A stretch of DNA of 64,000 nt from contig OX597838.1 in NCBI GenBank assembly GCA_951406725.2, positions 41,788,001 through 41,852,000 on the forward strand. The letters are read 5' to 3'. Position 1 is the stretch's first letter. Each line of letters begins with the position of its first letter. Below are positions 1-12,825 of this stretch, piece by piece. Made by a program: the position numbers and the translations under genes. The stretch comes from Octopus vulgaris. Lineage: Eukaryota. The notes under the pieces were generated by a model. That model saw nothing but the letters and a program-made list of their open reading frames with translations, searched no databases and was not told the origin of the DNA.

Positions 1-269
1 ACTGGGATCGATGTGATCGACTGTTCCCTGCCTCCAAATTTGAGGCCTCATCTCTATGCAAAGACATCAACTTTCAAATATTTAAGTCATGAATTGTTTA
101 TAAATAACATACATAGACACACACATACATAAACACCATACACACAATTAGACGTACATAGATATATACACGGAGTCTCTTTGCAGCCAGGAACAAACGA
201 TAAGACAATTTTTTGGAGATACATACGCCATAAAAAGATTTCAATGCGGTAATAGTTCTTCATTGAACA

Positions 270-306
270 ATGAAAGTTTCCGTTATTTTTACCTTTCTCT
301 TTACAA
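270..306 (+). CDS. Two-Kazal-domain secreted protein, coding exon 1 (signal peptide)
   Basis: ATG 270 reads MKVSVIFTFLFT+a, then a canonical donor GTAAGT at 307. Its phase 1 matches the acceptor at 9774, giving signal peptide-like MKVSVIFTFLFTTVYA/SPW. Confidence 0.8.
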
Positions 307-1623
307 GTAAGTATTTAAAAGTCTCCGTTGAACAACTTCCATTGCTTGTTTGAAAATGTCGTTAGAAAAGAACAACATTGACGGTCATCTAACGTAACAA
401 ACATTTGTTTCCTTAAGAGTGTCACGTTTTATATGTCTCCACTTTTATTTTCCTGTTTTGATTATTTTTCAGTGAAACATTTTCCTAATAAATCGTCGGT
501 TTGGCCCCACGGTGTTATTTTTCTACTTCTAATAGTACTTATTGACCAATTCTGTGGCCATCTTTATATTAGGTTCGTGTCTCTCTTTTTGAGGCCATAT
601 AAAACATTGAATATCGTCAAAACAAATCTTTTCGAAAAAACGTAATTCATTGAAACTTAGTTTTTCTCCTAATTCCTTTCCTTTTATTAACATTTCTTTC
701 CTTAATTGAAATAATGGATTGATTATCTTTCAACTTTAATCTACAAGAACCTCAAGAACGTACGACACATTTTGTTATGTTCGAATTGAAAGGAAATATC
801 TAATAAACTTTTCATATTAATAATTAAATAGCAATCAATGAGAAATGCCTGAATTAATAAAAATATGTGTACACTTCTGGACCCGAATAATCAAAAATCT
901 GATTTTCATACTGAATTAACATTCATTGGAATTTCAGAAGTATTAACATCTTCCAATTAATAATTTTGACTTCGAGCGTGACGTGTTCCCCTTTTTCTTT
1001 TTTTTTAGGTTTAGTAAACAATATTAAAAGATTGTAATAATTATTTGTGTTATAATGTCAGTCGTGTTAGAAATGGGATTAAACATCAATATATTAGAAT
1101 GTCGTTCGTAGAAATAAAGGATAAAAAATATTTATTTTACACTGTCGAAAAAGTAGCATTTTTTTTTTTGTCTAAATATTAGTTGTTTATTTTACTTGAC
1201 TCTTCACTTGCTTAGAAAAATCAAGGAGTTGTCTTGTCGGAAGACTTCAAGATGGTTTCAGTTCTCAATTGCAGCTCTTTGTTAAAAACGTGAATCTCAA
1301 AACATCTCAATTTTCTCCCCCTATACTATAAAAATCGTTAAATTATCTCGTTTGTAATTCCATTCATACCCAAGATGTCTTACTGACATATAAAGCAATT
1401 AAGTCCTTCAATAGTAATTTGTTTTTATTGATCCGAGGTGGAAGAACGACATAATTGATGCTGGTAGAATTTTGACTCAGAACTTGAAGGACCGTAAATA
1501 CATTTGCGGTCCTTCAAGTCGTGCAATGCAATTTGTCTAATGCTCTAATGACTGCGGCGCAATGGTTATATTTTACAAGATTATTGTATTTAATTATTGT
1601 ATCATTATATCTGCATTTCTAAG

Positions 1624-1812
1624 TCGGCGAGCTGGCAGAATCGTTTGTGGTATTTCGTCTGCTGCTACGTTCTGAGTTCAAATTCCGCCGAGGTCGACTT
1701 TGCCTTTCATCCCTTTCGAGGTCGATTAAATAAGTACCAGTTATGCATTGGGGTCGATGTAATCGACTTACCCCCCTCCTAATTTCAGGCCTTGTGCCTA
1801 TAATAGAAAGAA
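1624..1812 (+). mobile_element. SINE with Deu/Nin-like domain (representative copy)
   Basis: B-box-like gagttcaaattcc followed by ggtcgactttgcctttcatcc...gtcgat..aagtacc. Degenerate relatives at ~1-60, ~1420-1550(-), ~19350-19640, ~32860-32990(-), ~42070-42270, ~63330-63460(-). Confidence 0.7.
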
Positions 1813-2132
1813 TTATATCTCCATCTCTAATTCCTACACCAAACAGGTATGTACGTGGATGGCCATTTTGATAGATAATGGCGGCGCCTCTCTCATCTCT
1901 AATAATGTTTAGCCGTTGACTTGTCTGCTAGAAACTCTTCTGTCATTTGACAAGTTTTATCTTTAACCAGTCAGCCAGTAAACTGTGGAGTTGAAACACT
2001 GCTGGAGGGAGTTAGTTGCCAACCACCCAGTCACAAGATCGGTTGTCTTGGCTTACATAATCCTTGTAGCAAGTAGAACCTTATCTGTTATAACACTGTA
2101 GAATAGTTGCATTATGTCTAATAATAATAAAA

Positions 2133-3600
2133 AGTGTTTTTGTTGGTATTGGCTTGAGTAATTCTAGTGGAAGCCAACACCAACAAAAACACTAACATCG
2201 CTTTGCCAACGAATATGGAGAACCTGTAAGTGGCCAAGAGATTGGAAGAGATCAGTTTTCATCCCAATACCAAAGAAAAGAGATATCAAGGACTGCGCAA
2301 ACTTCTGTACCATCACCCCGATCCCCCATGTAAGCAAAATTCTCCTTAAAGTCATCCAGAAGCGCCTGAACACAACTATTGAGAGAGAATTGCCAGAGGT
2401 GCAAGCTGGTTTCAGAAAGGGAAGAGGCACCTGCGATCACATCGCCAACCTACGGTGGATTATGGAAAAGGCAAGAGAATACCAAAAGAAGTTGTACATG
2501 TGTTTCATCGATTACTCCAAAGCCTTTGACAGCATTGATCATGACAAGTTATGGAAATGTCTGGAGGAAATGGGAAAAACCTTTACACCTTGTCCAGCTT
2601 ATTAGATCACTCTATCAAAACCAAGAGGCTACAGTACGGACACCATATGGCGACACTGATTGGTTTGAGATTGGAAAAGGCACTCGGCAAGATTGCATCC
2701 TGTCACCAGCAGCCTTCAGCACGTACACTAAAAAGGTCATGAGGAATGCAGGCCTGGAGGATAGCAGCATTGGAGTGAGGATTAGAGGAAGAAATATTAA
2801 TAACCTTCGCTATGCAGATGATACAACCCTGCTGGTGGAGAGTGGTAAGGATCTGGAGGATCTTGTCCTGCTGGTCAAGGAAGAGAGTGAGAAATTTGGG
2901 CTGTACCTCAATGTTAAGAAAACGAAGATCATGTCAACATCAGCCACAACAAACATCAACATCAAGATCCGTAAGGAAGAGATTGAAGTGGTTGATGATT
3001 TCATCTTCCTTGGCTCCAAAATAAATGGAGATGGTGACTGCACCCCAGAAATAAGACGGCAGATAGTACTAGGCAGAGAGGCAATGGTCAGTATGAGCAG
3101 GGTCTGGAAGAGTAGAGACATCAGACTCGCTACCAAATGCAGTTTGGTGAATGCAATTGTCTTCCCAATAGCAACATATGGATGCGAGACCTGGACACTA
3201 AAGAAAGCTGACCAGAAGAGAATTAATGCATTCGAGCTTTGGTGTTGGAGAAGACTTTTATGGATTCCATGGACAGCGAGGCTCACCAATGGAGAAGTTC
3301 TTAAGCAGATAAGGCCGAAAATGTCGCTAGAAGCTAGGATCACCAAGCATAGATTGGCATATTTCGGTCATATTATGCGGAGAGAATCCCTGGAGAAGGA
3401 CATCATGCTTGGAATGGTCAGTGGCAAGAGAGGAAGAGGCAGACGAAGAACCCGCTGGCTTGACACCATTAAGAGTGATACCGGAATGGACATAGCCAGT
3501 CTGAAAGAAGCAGCCCAGGATAGAACTGACTGGAAGACACTGATCCAACGAGTGACCGAGAGTCGACTTCGACTGAGCGGTTACAAGAAGAATAATAATA
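2133..3600 (+). mobile_element. 5'-truncated RTE LINE, BovB-like, one frameshift near 2575
   Basis: Reads WPRDWKRSVFIPIPKK...QAGFRKGRGT...CFIDYSKAFD...NNLRYADDTTL...GRGRRRTRWLD. Short (caa/gaa) tail; flanked by aataataataa on both sides. Confidence 0.92.
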
Positions 3601-4829
3601 ATTCGTTCGTTTATTGGCCACAAGGGCTAACAAAAATCAATTAAAACATAAAGGGTCAAAACAGAGGACGAAAGTTACAAAGGGTTTTGTCCGTTTGATA
3701 ATAATAATGATGCTAACATACTGTTATGCTTATATGAAGCTGAAAGAAATGTTTTAAAACTCCTCCTCTTTTATCATTCTCCCTAAGTGAAACTCTCACC
3801 ATCTTTAAAGGCAACCACTGAACTATAAACCCTGATACTTCAGCCACTTAATCTGAAGATATGAGATTGAAAGTATAAGACAAGAGAGAGAGAGAGAGAG
3901 AGAATTTATAAGCAATTTTGTTCAACATGGAGCTGATACAGGGTTACTCAGCTTCCATAAAACAACAGCTAAATCTCTCACAAACACATCCTACTGTCTT
4001 AAATAAAGGCTATGTTGAACAATATAATTCCCGATATACAAACAATGAGATTATCATTGTTTCAACTAATCTTAGAATACATAACAACAAAATTTACAAA
4101 GAACCTGTTTGTTTGATCTTGTAGTTCAATTCTTATCAAATCACAACCCACTGGCTTAAATTCTGAAATGACGCACTGGAAAAGAAAAATGTAATCCTGT
4201 ATATAAAACAGCTGTATACACATGTATTTCTGTGTATACATCTGTGTGTATGTGTTATGATTGTTGTTGTATTTTACAAGGGCCCACTTTGATAACTCAT
4301 CTTCATCATCTTTGTTTCTTTTTCCAGCTTCCCTCCGATTACTGCCACCCACTCTTGTGTAATGCAAGTAACCATAGATCACCTTTATGGCAACAAACTT
4401 GTTCTGACCCTTTCTTTCATACTTTTACATCTTGTCTCCAAGCATAAAGCTGCCTCCCTCTCTACTGTAATCTCTCGCTCCGGTAAAGGGATCTTTGTTT
4501 TGTGAGTTACATGGCAACACATGTATTTCACTTTGTTAAGTGGTTGGTATCAAGCAGGCCATTCAACCACAGAAACTCTGCCAAAACAGATACTGGAGCA
4601 GATAATGCAGTCCACCAATCCATTAGGTCTCAGTCAAATTGTCCGACCTGTGCCAGAATGGAAAACGGATGTTAAAAAATGACTGATGAAATTGAGGCTG
4701 TTACAGTTTGCACTGCAGCGTGTTCCCTTCATCAGCTGTTGACTGGAGATCCTGGTAATTCTGGCATCTTCCAAAACTATTACTGCTATTAACAATGCCA
4801 AGCAACATAGTATGACTGACTTCTTTTGG

Positions 4830-6370
4830 CTCACATCAGCACACATTTTCCTCTCTATCATCCATAAAGCCACCACCTCAAGCTCGGTACAGCTATATTT
4901 TCTCCAGCCATGCACCAACTATTTTATATCTCTACTCATTGAAAATTTGTCTTTCAACTTCAGGCATTGGTCTTTCTCTGCCATACCCATATTGAACCAT
5001 TTCCTGCTTCCCTCTCCCAATTCAAGAATCTCTGTTCTATTATCCTTTCTATACCCAATGTTCCAGCAATGTTGAATCTAGCAACAAGTCCACAGCATCA
5101 CATCTCTACTGGAGACACCATACATTGTCATCTTCATGTCTCATGCAGTTCTCAAGGTTTTTCTTTCCATATGTTCACTCTTTTTTTTTGCCTTCTAGTG
5201 CCAAGGGGTCAGGCTGTTGCTTCCTTATTACAAGAGTACTTTCTTCAAGTTCATTACCGTCTGCTCGTGCAATACAGCAAGCTGCAACGATTTGTTGGTT
5301 TTCATTGATGCTTCTGCATTATTGTTTTAGTGCATTAGCAACCACACTAAGGACTTGGGTTATTCCACTAGACATACTCTGCAAGGGAGTATGGCCTATT
5401 CTATTGCCAGAACAGGCTTCAGTAACACATTACACTTTAACCAGTGACAATCTGTTATGTCATTCTAGCTTCACCACCTGATATTGGTCAGGGGTGGAAG
5501 TATATCACATTCCACCCCATCCAGGAGGAATGAAAACCTGATTGGTTTCATTTTCCACAATATTCTCCCATTCTTCAGCTGTCTCTTATACTGCTCATGC
5601 ATATCACCTACTCTACGCTACTGCTTTAGTTGCAAGCTCCTCCTTGACAACATGTCACATTTCTTTGCTCATGATATCTTACCTGCTTTTGTTATTCTAG
5701 AAGTTGTCTAGTTGTTCTGTGCCTCTCTCCCTCACTCCTGCCTCTGTGGTGGTCTGCACTGCATATTTCACAACTTTCAATTCTACTTTGGTCTCTACGA
5801 CCCCCCACACCCTTTCCCATGCTTCCTTTCCTTCCTGTTGATGCTATCAGCTTGGCTGCTGGACCTCACAGCAACTTTACTACTTTAAACTTCTCCACCA
5901 ATGATACTAAAGGCAGCTAGAATTTTGCTGTAGCACTATAACAGCCCAACTTTTGTAAAGCCTGGTGGGAGACCAAGCCATTCTTGTTGGAACTTGCTTG
6001 TACAGTTTACAATTCTCTCCGCATTTCTTAACAGTATTTCATTCACTTGAAGAGCTTTTATGTGCTTTAACAAAAGGTCATGTTGGTAACATTACAAGTA
6101 AACTTCTCTGCCCAATTGTTGCTGTCAATGGCAGTTGGTCTTTGTTTAACATTGGCCTTTATCTCAATATCCCTCTTGACAAAATTTAAGGGAACTATAC
6201 ATCTATAGCCAGGGTTTTAACTGCCTACACCCTGACGGCAAAGTGGAATATCCTTCACCAGACTTCACATTATCAATAGATTACCATTCCTTTTGGCTTT
6301 GGCATTTAGTCAAGTTTGCCAGAGTAGTTCTTGTGACTGCTTGAAGAGATTTTGTCTCTCTGCTTGTTTC
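4830..6370 (-). mobile_element. Degenerate R2/Hero-type LINE remnant
   Basis: Minus strand near 5475-5560 reads LWKMKPIRFSFLLDGVECDILPPLTNIRW followed by ...QVLSVVANAL, resembling Hero C-terminal motifs. Many stops; boundaries approximate. Confidence 0.55.
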
Positions 6371-7190
6371 CACTATGGTGATAATGAAATGCATAAAATC
6401 ATGCAGAGATGACAGGAGCAGGTGGATTCTGATCTTCCCTCCTACCAAACAGCATCTTGTATCTTTTTACATCAGTTCCATAACCATCATGAAGAAGAGT
6501 GCAGAAATGGTACACTCCATCACCTTGCATATTTCCGTGATTACCAGTTGGTGGTAAACTGCACGACCATTGATCCCGGGCCCTTCACATATCCTGGAAT
6601 GCAAAATAAATCCTGTACTCTGAGTATTAGTAAATTAAGGACTGGTCCACATGCATTTGTCAGGTTAAGCATGTATAACAGCCACATTGCACCAGGTATA
6701 TGAGCTGTGCTTGAATATGGGTGTTGAAACCTATTCTGATCCTGAAGAGGTGTACTGAAAAATCTTTGAGATGAATATTTTTGGCAATGTTATGTGTGTG
6801 GGATCTAATGCAGGACACCTTTCGGAATCTGCCTGTGAATGGACATTAAGTTATCCTTTTACTCCAGAAACTTGAGACAGCAACTCTCGTAAATGCTAAT
6901 CTCTTTTGTCTTCCATGCCAAGGTTTATGGTAAAGTCCAAAGACCAATGGAACAGGCAATAACGACAGCATTGGCAAATATTTAGAATGGCTGCAACAAT
7001 TGTCTTAGCTCCAATTTGTCTTGGACTCTTTGCCATTGCACCATCGTATCTCACTGTTAAGATCATTACAAAACTGATGTGCATCAGCTTCTTCGTCCTA
7101 AACAAAAACATGCTGAGATGTCCATTAGTTTCCCAGATCTGGTGGATAGTCAATACTGAAGGATTGCCAACAATATGTGGAGAGGTCAGA
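6370..7190 (-). mobile_element. Degenerate piggyBac-like transposase remnant
   Basis: Reads IWETNG...ILTVRYDG...R....IVAAI, resembling the piggyBac LW...LRFDD...DKLAAI region. Heavily decayed. Confidence 0.4.
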
Positions 7191-9773
7191 TATGGTAACT
7201 CTTATCCTTCATAGTGACTTTAAGGATTTTTTGTTTTAGGTACGTGTTCAGGTGCAGAAAGGGCTGTCAGTTCAAGACGTTTGTTTCCCAACATGGTCCC
7301 ACTGCATTGCCTCTTGGGCAAGTGTCTTCTACTATAGTCCTGAGCCAAGCAAAACCTGTAGTGGAATTGTAGACAGAAACCTTTTTTTTTTTTTTGTAAT
7401 TTCAGCTCAGAGCTGTGGCCATGCTGGAGCACCACCGTTGGAAAAGAAAAAAAAAGAAAACTATTGTAAATGTGTATGTTTGTGTCTCCTTGTCTTGACA
7501 TTGCATGATTGTAAATGGATGTCATTCATTTCCTATATTCTGTAAAAGCATGTCTGGCCATAGGAAAATACTTTGCTTGGAAGGAGGTGTAGTTTGGTGA
7601 CAGGAGGAGCATCCAGCCATAGAAAAATCTACCCTCCCATAAACTATATCTGACCCATTCAAGCATGGAAAAATAGATAACTGATGATTATGTTGTCCAT
7701 TCATAGAAGGATGTCTCTTTGGCACACGTTGAGAATGTTTCTTGCAGCTGTTGTCTGGTATTTATTTGTGGTTTCTGGCTCTCTGGTGATTTATAGGAAA
7801 AATGTCAGCTGCTGAACTAAGATTCAAAACTTGGCAACCTTTCCAGCTGATGAAAGAATACAGTTATTCAACCTGCTAGAAACAGCAGCTAAATCTCCTT
7901 CAAAGACCAGCTCAGTATCTTTACAAAGAATACAGTGGATATTGTAGTTCAGGATACACTACTGTTTAAAACAAGATGAGAAGGCCATGGTGCAGAGCAC
8001 TTTTTAACAAGGAAGACCTGAACTAAAACAACAAATTGAAAAGTAGAGAGGTTTAAAATAATATATTTGAACCTGCTCTTTTAACTGAATAACAGCTGTT
8101 ATCTAAAATATGATAAGCACTTAATGCCAGCTGGATTCTACTAAAACAAGCAGTGGACATCTTTGACATTTTGAAGAGAATCTGTTATTGTAAGAACAAA
8201 ATGGCCAAGTAGATAAACAAAACTATTTACTTGTCAATAATTCTTCCATTTCTGTATTTATTTCGCTGCACCTTTTATATATTTACTCAACTTTGCATTT
8301 CTTATTCTACCTAACTGTAACTATAAATGGATCATCCTTTATCTTTTACTTGTTTCGGTCATTGGACTGTGGCCATGCTGGGGCACTGCCTTGAAGAGTT
8401 TTGTTGAACAAATTCACCCTAGGAGTTGCATTTTTTTTTTTTTAAATTTGGTACTTATTCTGTCAGTCTCTTTTGCTGAATTGCTAAGTTATGGGGATGA
8501 ACACAAACCAACACCAGTGGTCAAGTCAAGGGAGGAAAGGTGACAAACACAAAATCAAACATGCCTGTATGAGTGATATGGGCTTCCTCACAGTTTCCAT
8601 CTACCAAATTTACTCAAGGCATTGGTTGGCCCAGAGTCATAGTAGAAGATACTTGGCCAGTGTGCAGTGGGATTGAATCTAAAGCTACGTGGTTGCAAAG
8701 CAAGCCTCTTAACCACACAGCCATGGAAAATAATTCACTGCATCTCAACAATTCAAATTTGCCTCTTATTCATCAAACATTAGGGAAAGGAACACCAAGT
8801 ACTCAAGCTCGGCCTTATGGCTTCTTGCTGTTCAAAAACGGATTCATTAATGTTTAATGTCCGCTTTCCATGCTGGCATGGGTTGGACGGTTTGACTGAG
8901 GACTGGCAAGCCAGGGGGCTGCACTGGCAATACCCATATTCGAATGGTGCCAGGTGGCATTGGCAATGACCATGCTGAAATTGTGCTTTTTACGAACCAC
9001 CGGCACGGGAGCCAGTCAGGCAGCACTGGCAATGACCACACTCAAATGGTGCTTTTTTTACGTGCTGCCTGCAGGTGCCACTGGCTATCACCATACTCAA
9101 ATGATGCTTTTTACATGCTACCGGCACAGGAGCCAGTCAGTGGGTGCTGGCATTGGCCACGACAATCATTTCACTTGACTCAACAGGTCTTCTCAAGCAC
9201 AGCATATTACCCAATGATTGAAGGGTGCTTTTAATGGGCTGGTTCTATGACACTGGCATAGGCCACGGCTACAGCCTCATTTGGCTTGCCAGATCTTCTC
9301 AAGCACAGCATATCTCTCTCTCTCTCTATGTGTATGTGTGTGTGTGCAAATATGGGTGTCTGGCTAGAAAATCTTGCTTTGCAATCACATGGCTTCCAGT
9401 TCAGTCCCACTGCATGACACTTTCAGTAAGTGTCTTCTAGTATAGCTTCAAGCCAATCAAAGCTTTGTAAGTGAATTTGGTAGATGGAAGCTCATTGTGT
9501 GTGTGTGTGTGTGTGTTTTTGTCTTTATTTTTGTTCCCCACCATTGCTCAACAGGTTGTGCTGGTTTATTTATGTCCCTATAACTTAGCAGTTCAGCAAA
9601 ATGAGACCAACAGAATATATACCATACTTTAAAAAATAAGTACTAGAGATCAATTTGTTTGACTAAATCCCTTAAGGTGGTGCTCCAGCATGGCCACATT
9701 CTACTGACTGAAAGAAGTAAACGATAAAAGATTAAAAAAACAATAAAAGTCCTATTTTACTGTTTCTTTGCAG

Positions 9774-9885
9774 CTGTGTACGCCTCACCCTGGTTTCAAT
9801 CCTGTTCCTACCTTCGAGACTTAGACTGCACCAATGCCGCATCGGCAGTGATATGTGGTACCAATCATGTGACCTACAATTCAAA
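9774..9885 (+). CDS. Kazal protein exon 2
   Basis: Acceptor tttctttgcag. Reads VYASPWFQSCSYLRDLDCTNAASAVICGTNHVTYNS(N), containing the Kazal CGTNxxTY motif. Donor GT at 9886 in phase 2. Confidence 0.88.
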
Positions 9886-10536
9886 GTTGGTATCATCCAT
9901 TTGCTGGATACTAGGTTGGCAAAAATTATTGTGAGTGGATGGGTAGCTGGTCAAATGATGAATGAACGGGTAGATTGATGGAGGAATAAATCAATTGATT
10001 ATTATGCTGATCTTCTGGTGATCGTTGCCAGAAAGAGATTGGGTCCAACTAGCTTTGAGCTATAATTCAATGGGATTGATCACCCATTAATTTAAAGTTC
10101 AATAATTGACTCACTTGTCTGACAACACTTCCAATCTAAACAACAAAGTGTGTCTGTGTTTGTTTGTTTGTTTGTTTGATGAAAAACGATGTTTAAAAGA
10201 ATGAGACTCATGTTTGTAACTTGACCCCTGATGTCTGTGTTATTGTGACCCCACCAAGGGGTTTGTCTGTCCTTTTGTCTTTGTTCTACTGTCTTCTAAA
10301 TCTTATATTTATTTTGCTTTGCTCATTTATCAATCTCTCCCCCCCCTACACCCTTTCTTACATCACCAGCACATTTACTTCTCTGAACTTTGATTAATTA
10401 TTCTTACACATTGTTTTATTTCCTTTTATCTATTAAACAAATTGCTTAAAAAGAAACAAAAAAAAAACTCCCAAACACCTGTCTTTTTTTTACACATTTC
10501 TTTCATGTCTGTTAACTAATCATGGTTGTGTTTCAG

Positions 10537-10734
10537 CTGCGACTTTGCCAAAGCCCACTGCAGAGACAGGACATTATATGTAAAGCATCGTGGTGAATGT
10601 ACAGGCAAACCAGAGCTGAATATTAACCCACACAAGATCGCTTTTGAAGTGTTTTGCCAGGCTTTCTTGACAGAGAGTTGTGGCAATGAAGAAGAAATTG
10701 TCTGCAGTTCAGATCTGAAAACATATCGAAATCT
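10537..10734 (+). CDS. Kazal protein exon 3
   Basis: Acceptor tttcag, donor GTAAGC, 198 nt, phase 2-2. Reads CDFAKAHCRDRTLYVKHRGEC (end of domain 1) ...CQAFLTESCGNEEEIVCSSDLKTYRN(L). Confidence 0.9.
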
Positions 10735-12175
10735 GTAAGCTGTTTCTCTTGTCGAGAAGTTTCTGTTTTATTAAATGGTTTGAGACAAAGAGACATCTTC
10801 ACTTCTCTCGCCAACTTATAACAACTTTCTTTTGACCAATTAGTTCTGTCTTTCTTAAATGTCTTTGTCTTTTTACCTTTTGCTTGTTTTAATCATTGAG
10901 TGTGGCCATGCTGGGGCACCACCTTGAAGGGTTTCTAGTCAGACAAATTGCTCCCAGTATTTATATTTTTAAGTCTACTATTTATTCTATTGGTATCTTT
11001 TGCTGAACTGCTAAGTTATAGGCATATAAACAAACCAACACAGGTCATCAAGCTGGGGTGGGGGCAGAACAACTACAAAGACACATGTAAATTTGACAGG
11101 CTTCTACACAGTTTCCATCTCCTAGATTCACTCATAAAGCATTGGTTAACTTGGGACTAAGTACAAGACACTTGTCCAAGGTGTTGTTGCACTGTGGGAC
11201 TGAGCCCAAAACCACAGGGCTGCAAAGTGAGTTTCTTAACCACACAGCCAGACCTGCATCTATATATTTGCACAGCCACCCCCAACCCCCATCCTCCACC
11301 CTCTGCTCGCAGGTTTCGGTTATGGAGTCTTCTTTTTTCTTCTGAAAACTTCATCTGCTAGTCATCTACAAATGCAATCATAAATTACTAAATTAGTGTC
11401 CATTACATGTAACAGAAGCAGTAGTAGAGCAGGAGGTGGGGGGGGGGGGCATGTACTGTGACAGCACATTGCTGCATCCATCATTTGTTGGTGACTCCCT
11501 ACTATCCCTGGTGATTGACACCTTTGAACCACTCGGGTGACAACCCTCCAACCCGTGGGTCTGTTTGGGCAGTCATTGATGGTGATGGTTTTTTACTAAG
11601 TCAGAACACTTTTAGTTGCCTTTTACAACATGCAGAGAAAACGTTGGGTCTATTCTTTGGCATTGCCAGTCCCCACACAACACAGAAATACTATTTAATT
11701 AAGATAGGTGTTCTGTGCATCATACACATCATGTATGATACATAGATGGTTGTTTTAATTTGGTAATACTTCTATTGCATCTAATGGAATTTTATTCAGT
11801 TGGATGGCTGTTTGCAACATCAGTGAATATTTTATTCACCAATTTCCTATATATTCAAAGTAAAAAGTCTTGTCTAAGCATGTGGCTAGCTGTAAGAACA
11901 TGCCATTGACAAGGCCATAAGAGGCTGAAATATATCTGGCATTTGGCTGACCAATTTCCATCTTCCTCCAATATATAGAGTGACCTTAGATATTTTCTGA
12001 TCTCACTGGGGCCACTGCCATGGAAAAAGCACCCAGTAAACTCTGTAAAGTAGCTGGCATTGAGAAGGGTGTGTAGAAATCTTGCTAAAGAAGACCCTGG
12101 AGCTTGGTGTAGTCTTTTAGCTTGCCTGCATAGAAAGCAGATGCTAAATAATGATGGTGATATAGATAGATAGAA

Positions 12176-12235
<60 letters not shown>

Positions 12236-12380
12236 GAGAGGTTATGAGAGGTAATGGTGTCATTGAGACCCAAAGATGTCAGGTAATGCTGAATAAGGGC
12301 TATAGATGGACCGTATTTAAGTTCCAGGTTTGGTGATTATGTAAGTAAGGGGTTCAACATTGGTCATAAGTCAGCGTGTG

Positions 12381-12726
12381 TATATAAAAATTCTTTTGCG
12401 TAATGAGATAAAAAACTAAGGCTCTGTAGATTTTAGAACATTTATAGATAAAAAGTCTTACAGCTGTTTCCAGGATATTTATTATATCACTTCATCGGAG
12501 ATGGTGTGGGAGGATAGTTAAGAAATAGTTAATTTAGATAGCTCCACCTCACTCTCTATTTTATATCTTATCTAAATTAACTATTTCTTAACCATCCTCC
12601 CACACCGTCTCTGATGAAGGGATTTAATAAATATCCTGGAAACAGCTGTAAAACCTTCTATTTATAAATGTTCTAAAATCTACACAGCCTTAGTTTTTAT
12701 CTCATCACGAAAAAAATTTTTATATA
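12381..12726. mobile_element. Foldback of two inverted Penelope-like terminal repeats, each with a hammerhead motif
   Basis: ~160-bp arms (12381-12540 and 12569-12726) are imperfect reverse complements; TA-rich flanks. Confidence 0.75.
12607..12654 (+). ncRNA. Minimal type I hammerhead ribozyme motif
   Basis: gtct CTGATGA a GGGAT..ATCCT g GAA ACAGCTGT A aaac, with palindromic stem III ACAGCTGT. The mirror copy at 12455-12502(-) supplies the stem I partner AGAC but has CCGATGA. Confidence 0.6.
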
Positions 12727-12825
12727 TATATATATACTAAAGAAAATTTTAATGGAAATATATTTTTGCATCACACATACAATACCCAACATAACCTATT
12801 TAGCACTTTCCTATCTTGCTTACAG

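Noticed and set aside
2810-3346. Antisense 178-aa ORF (and similar ones at 34522-35595)
   Set aside because: Shadow ORFs on the opposite strand of LINE RT coding sequence.
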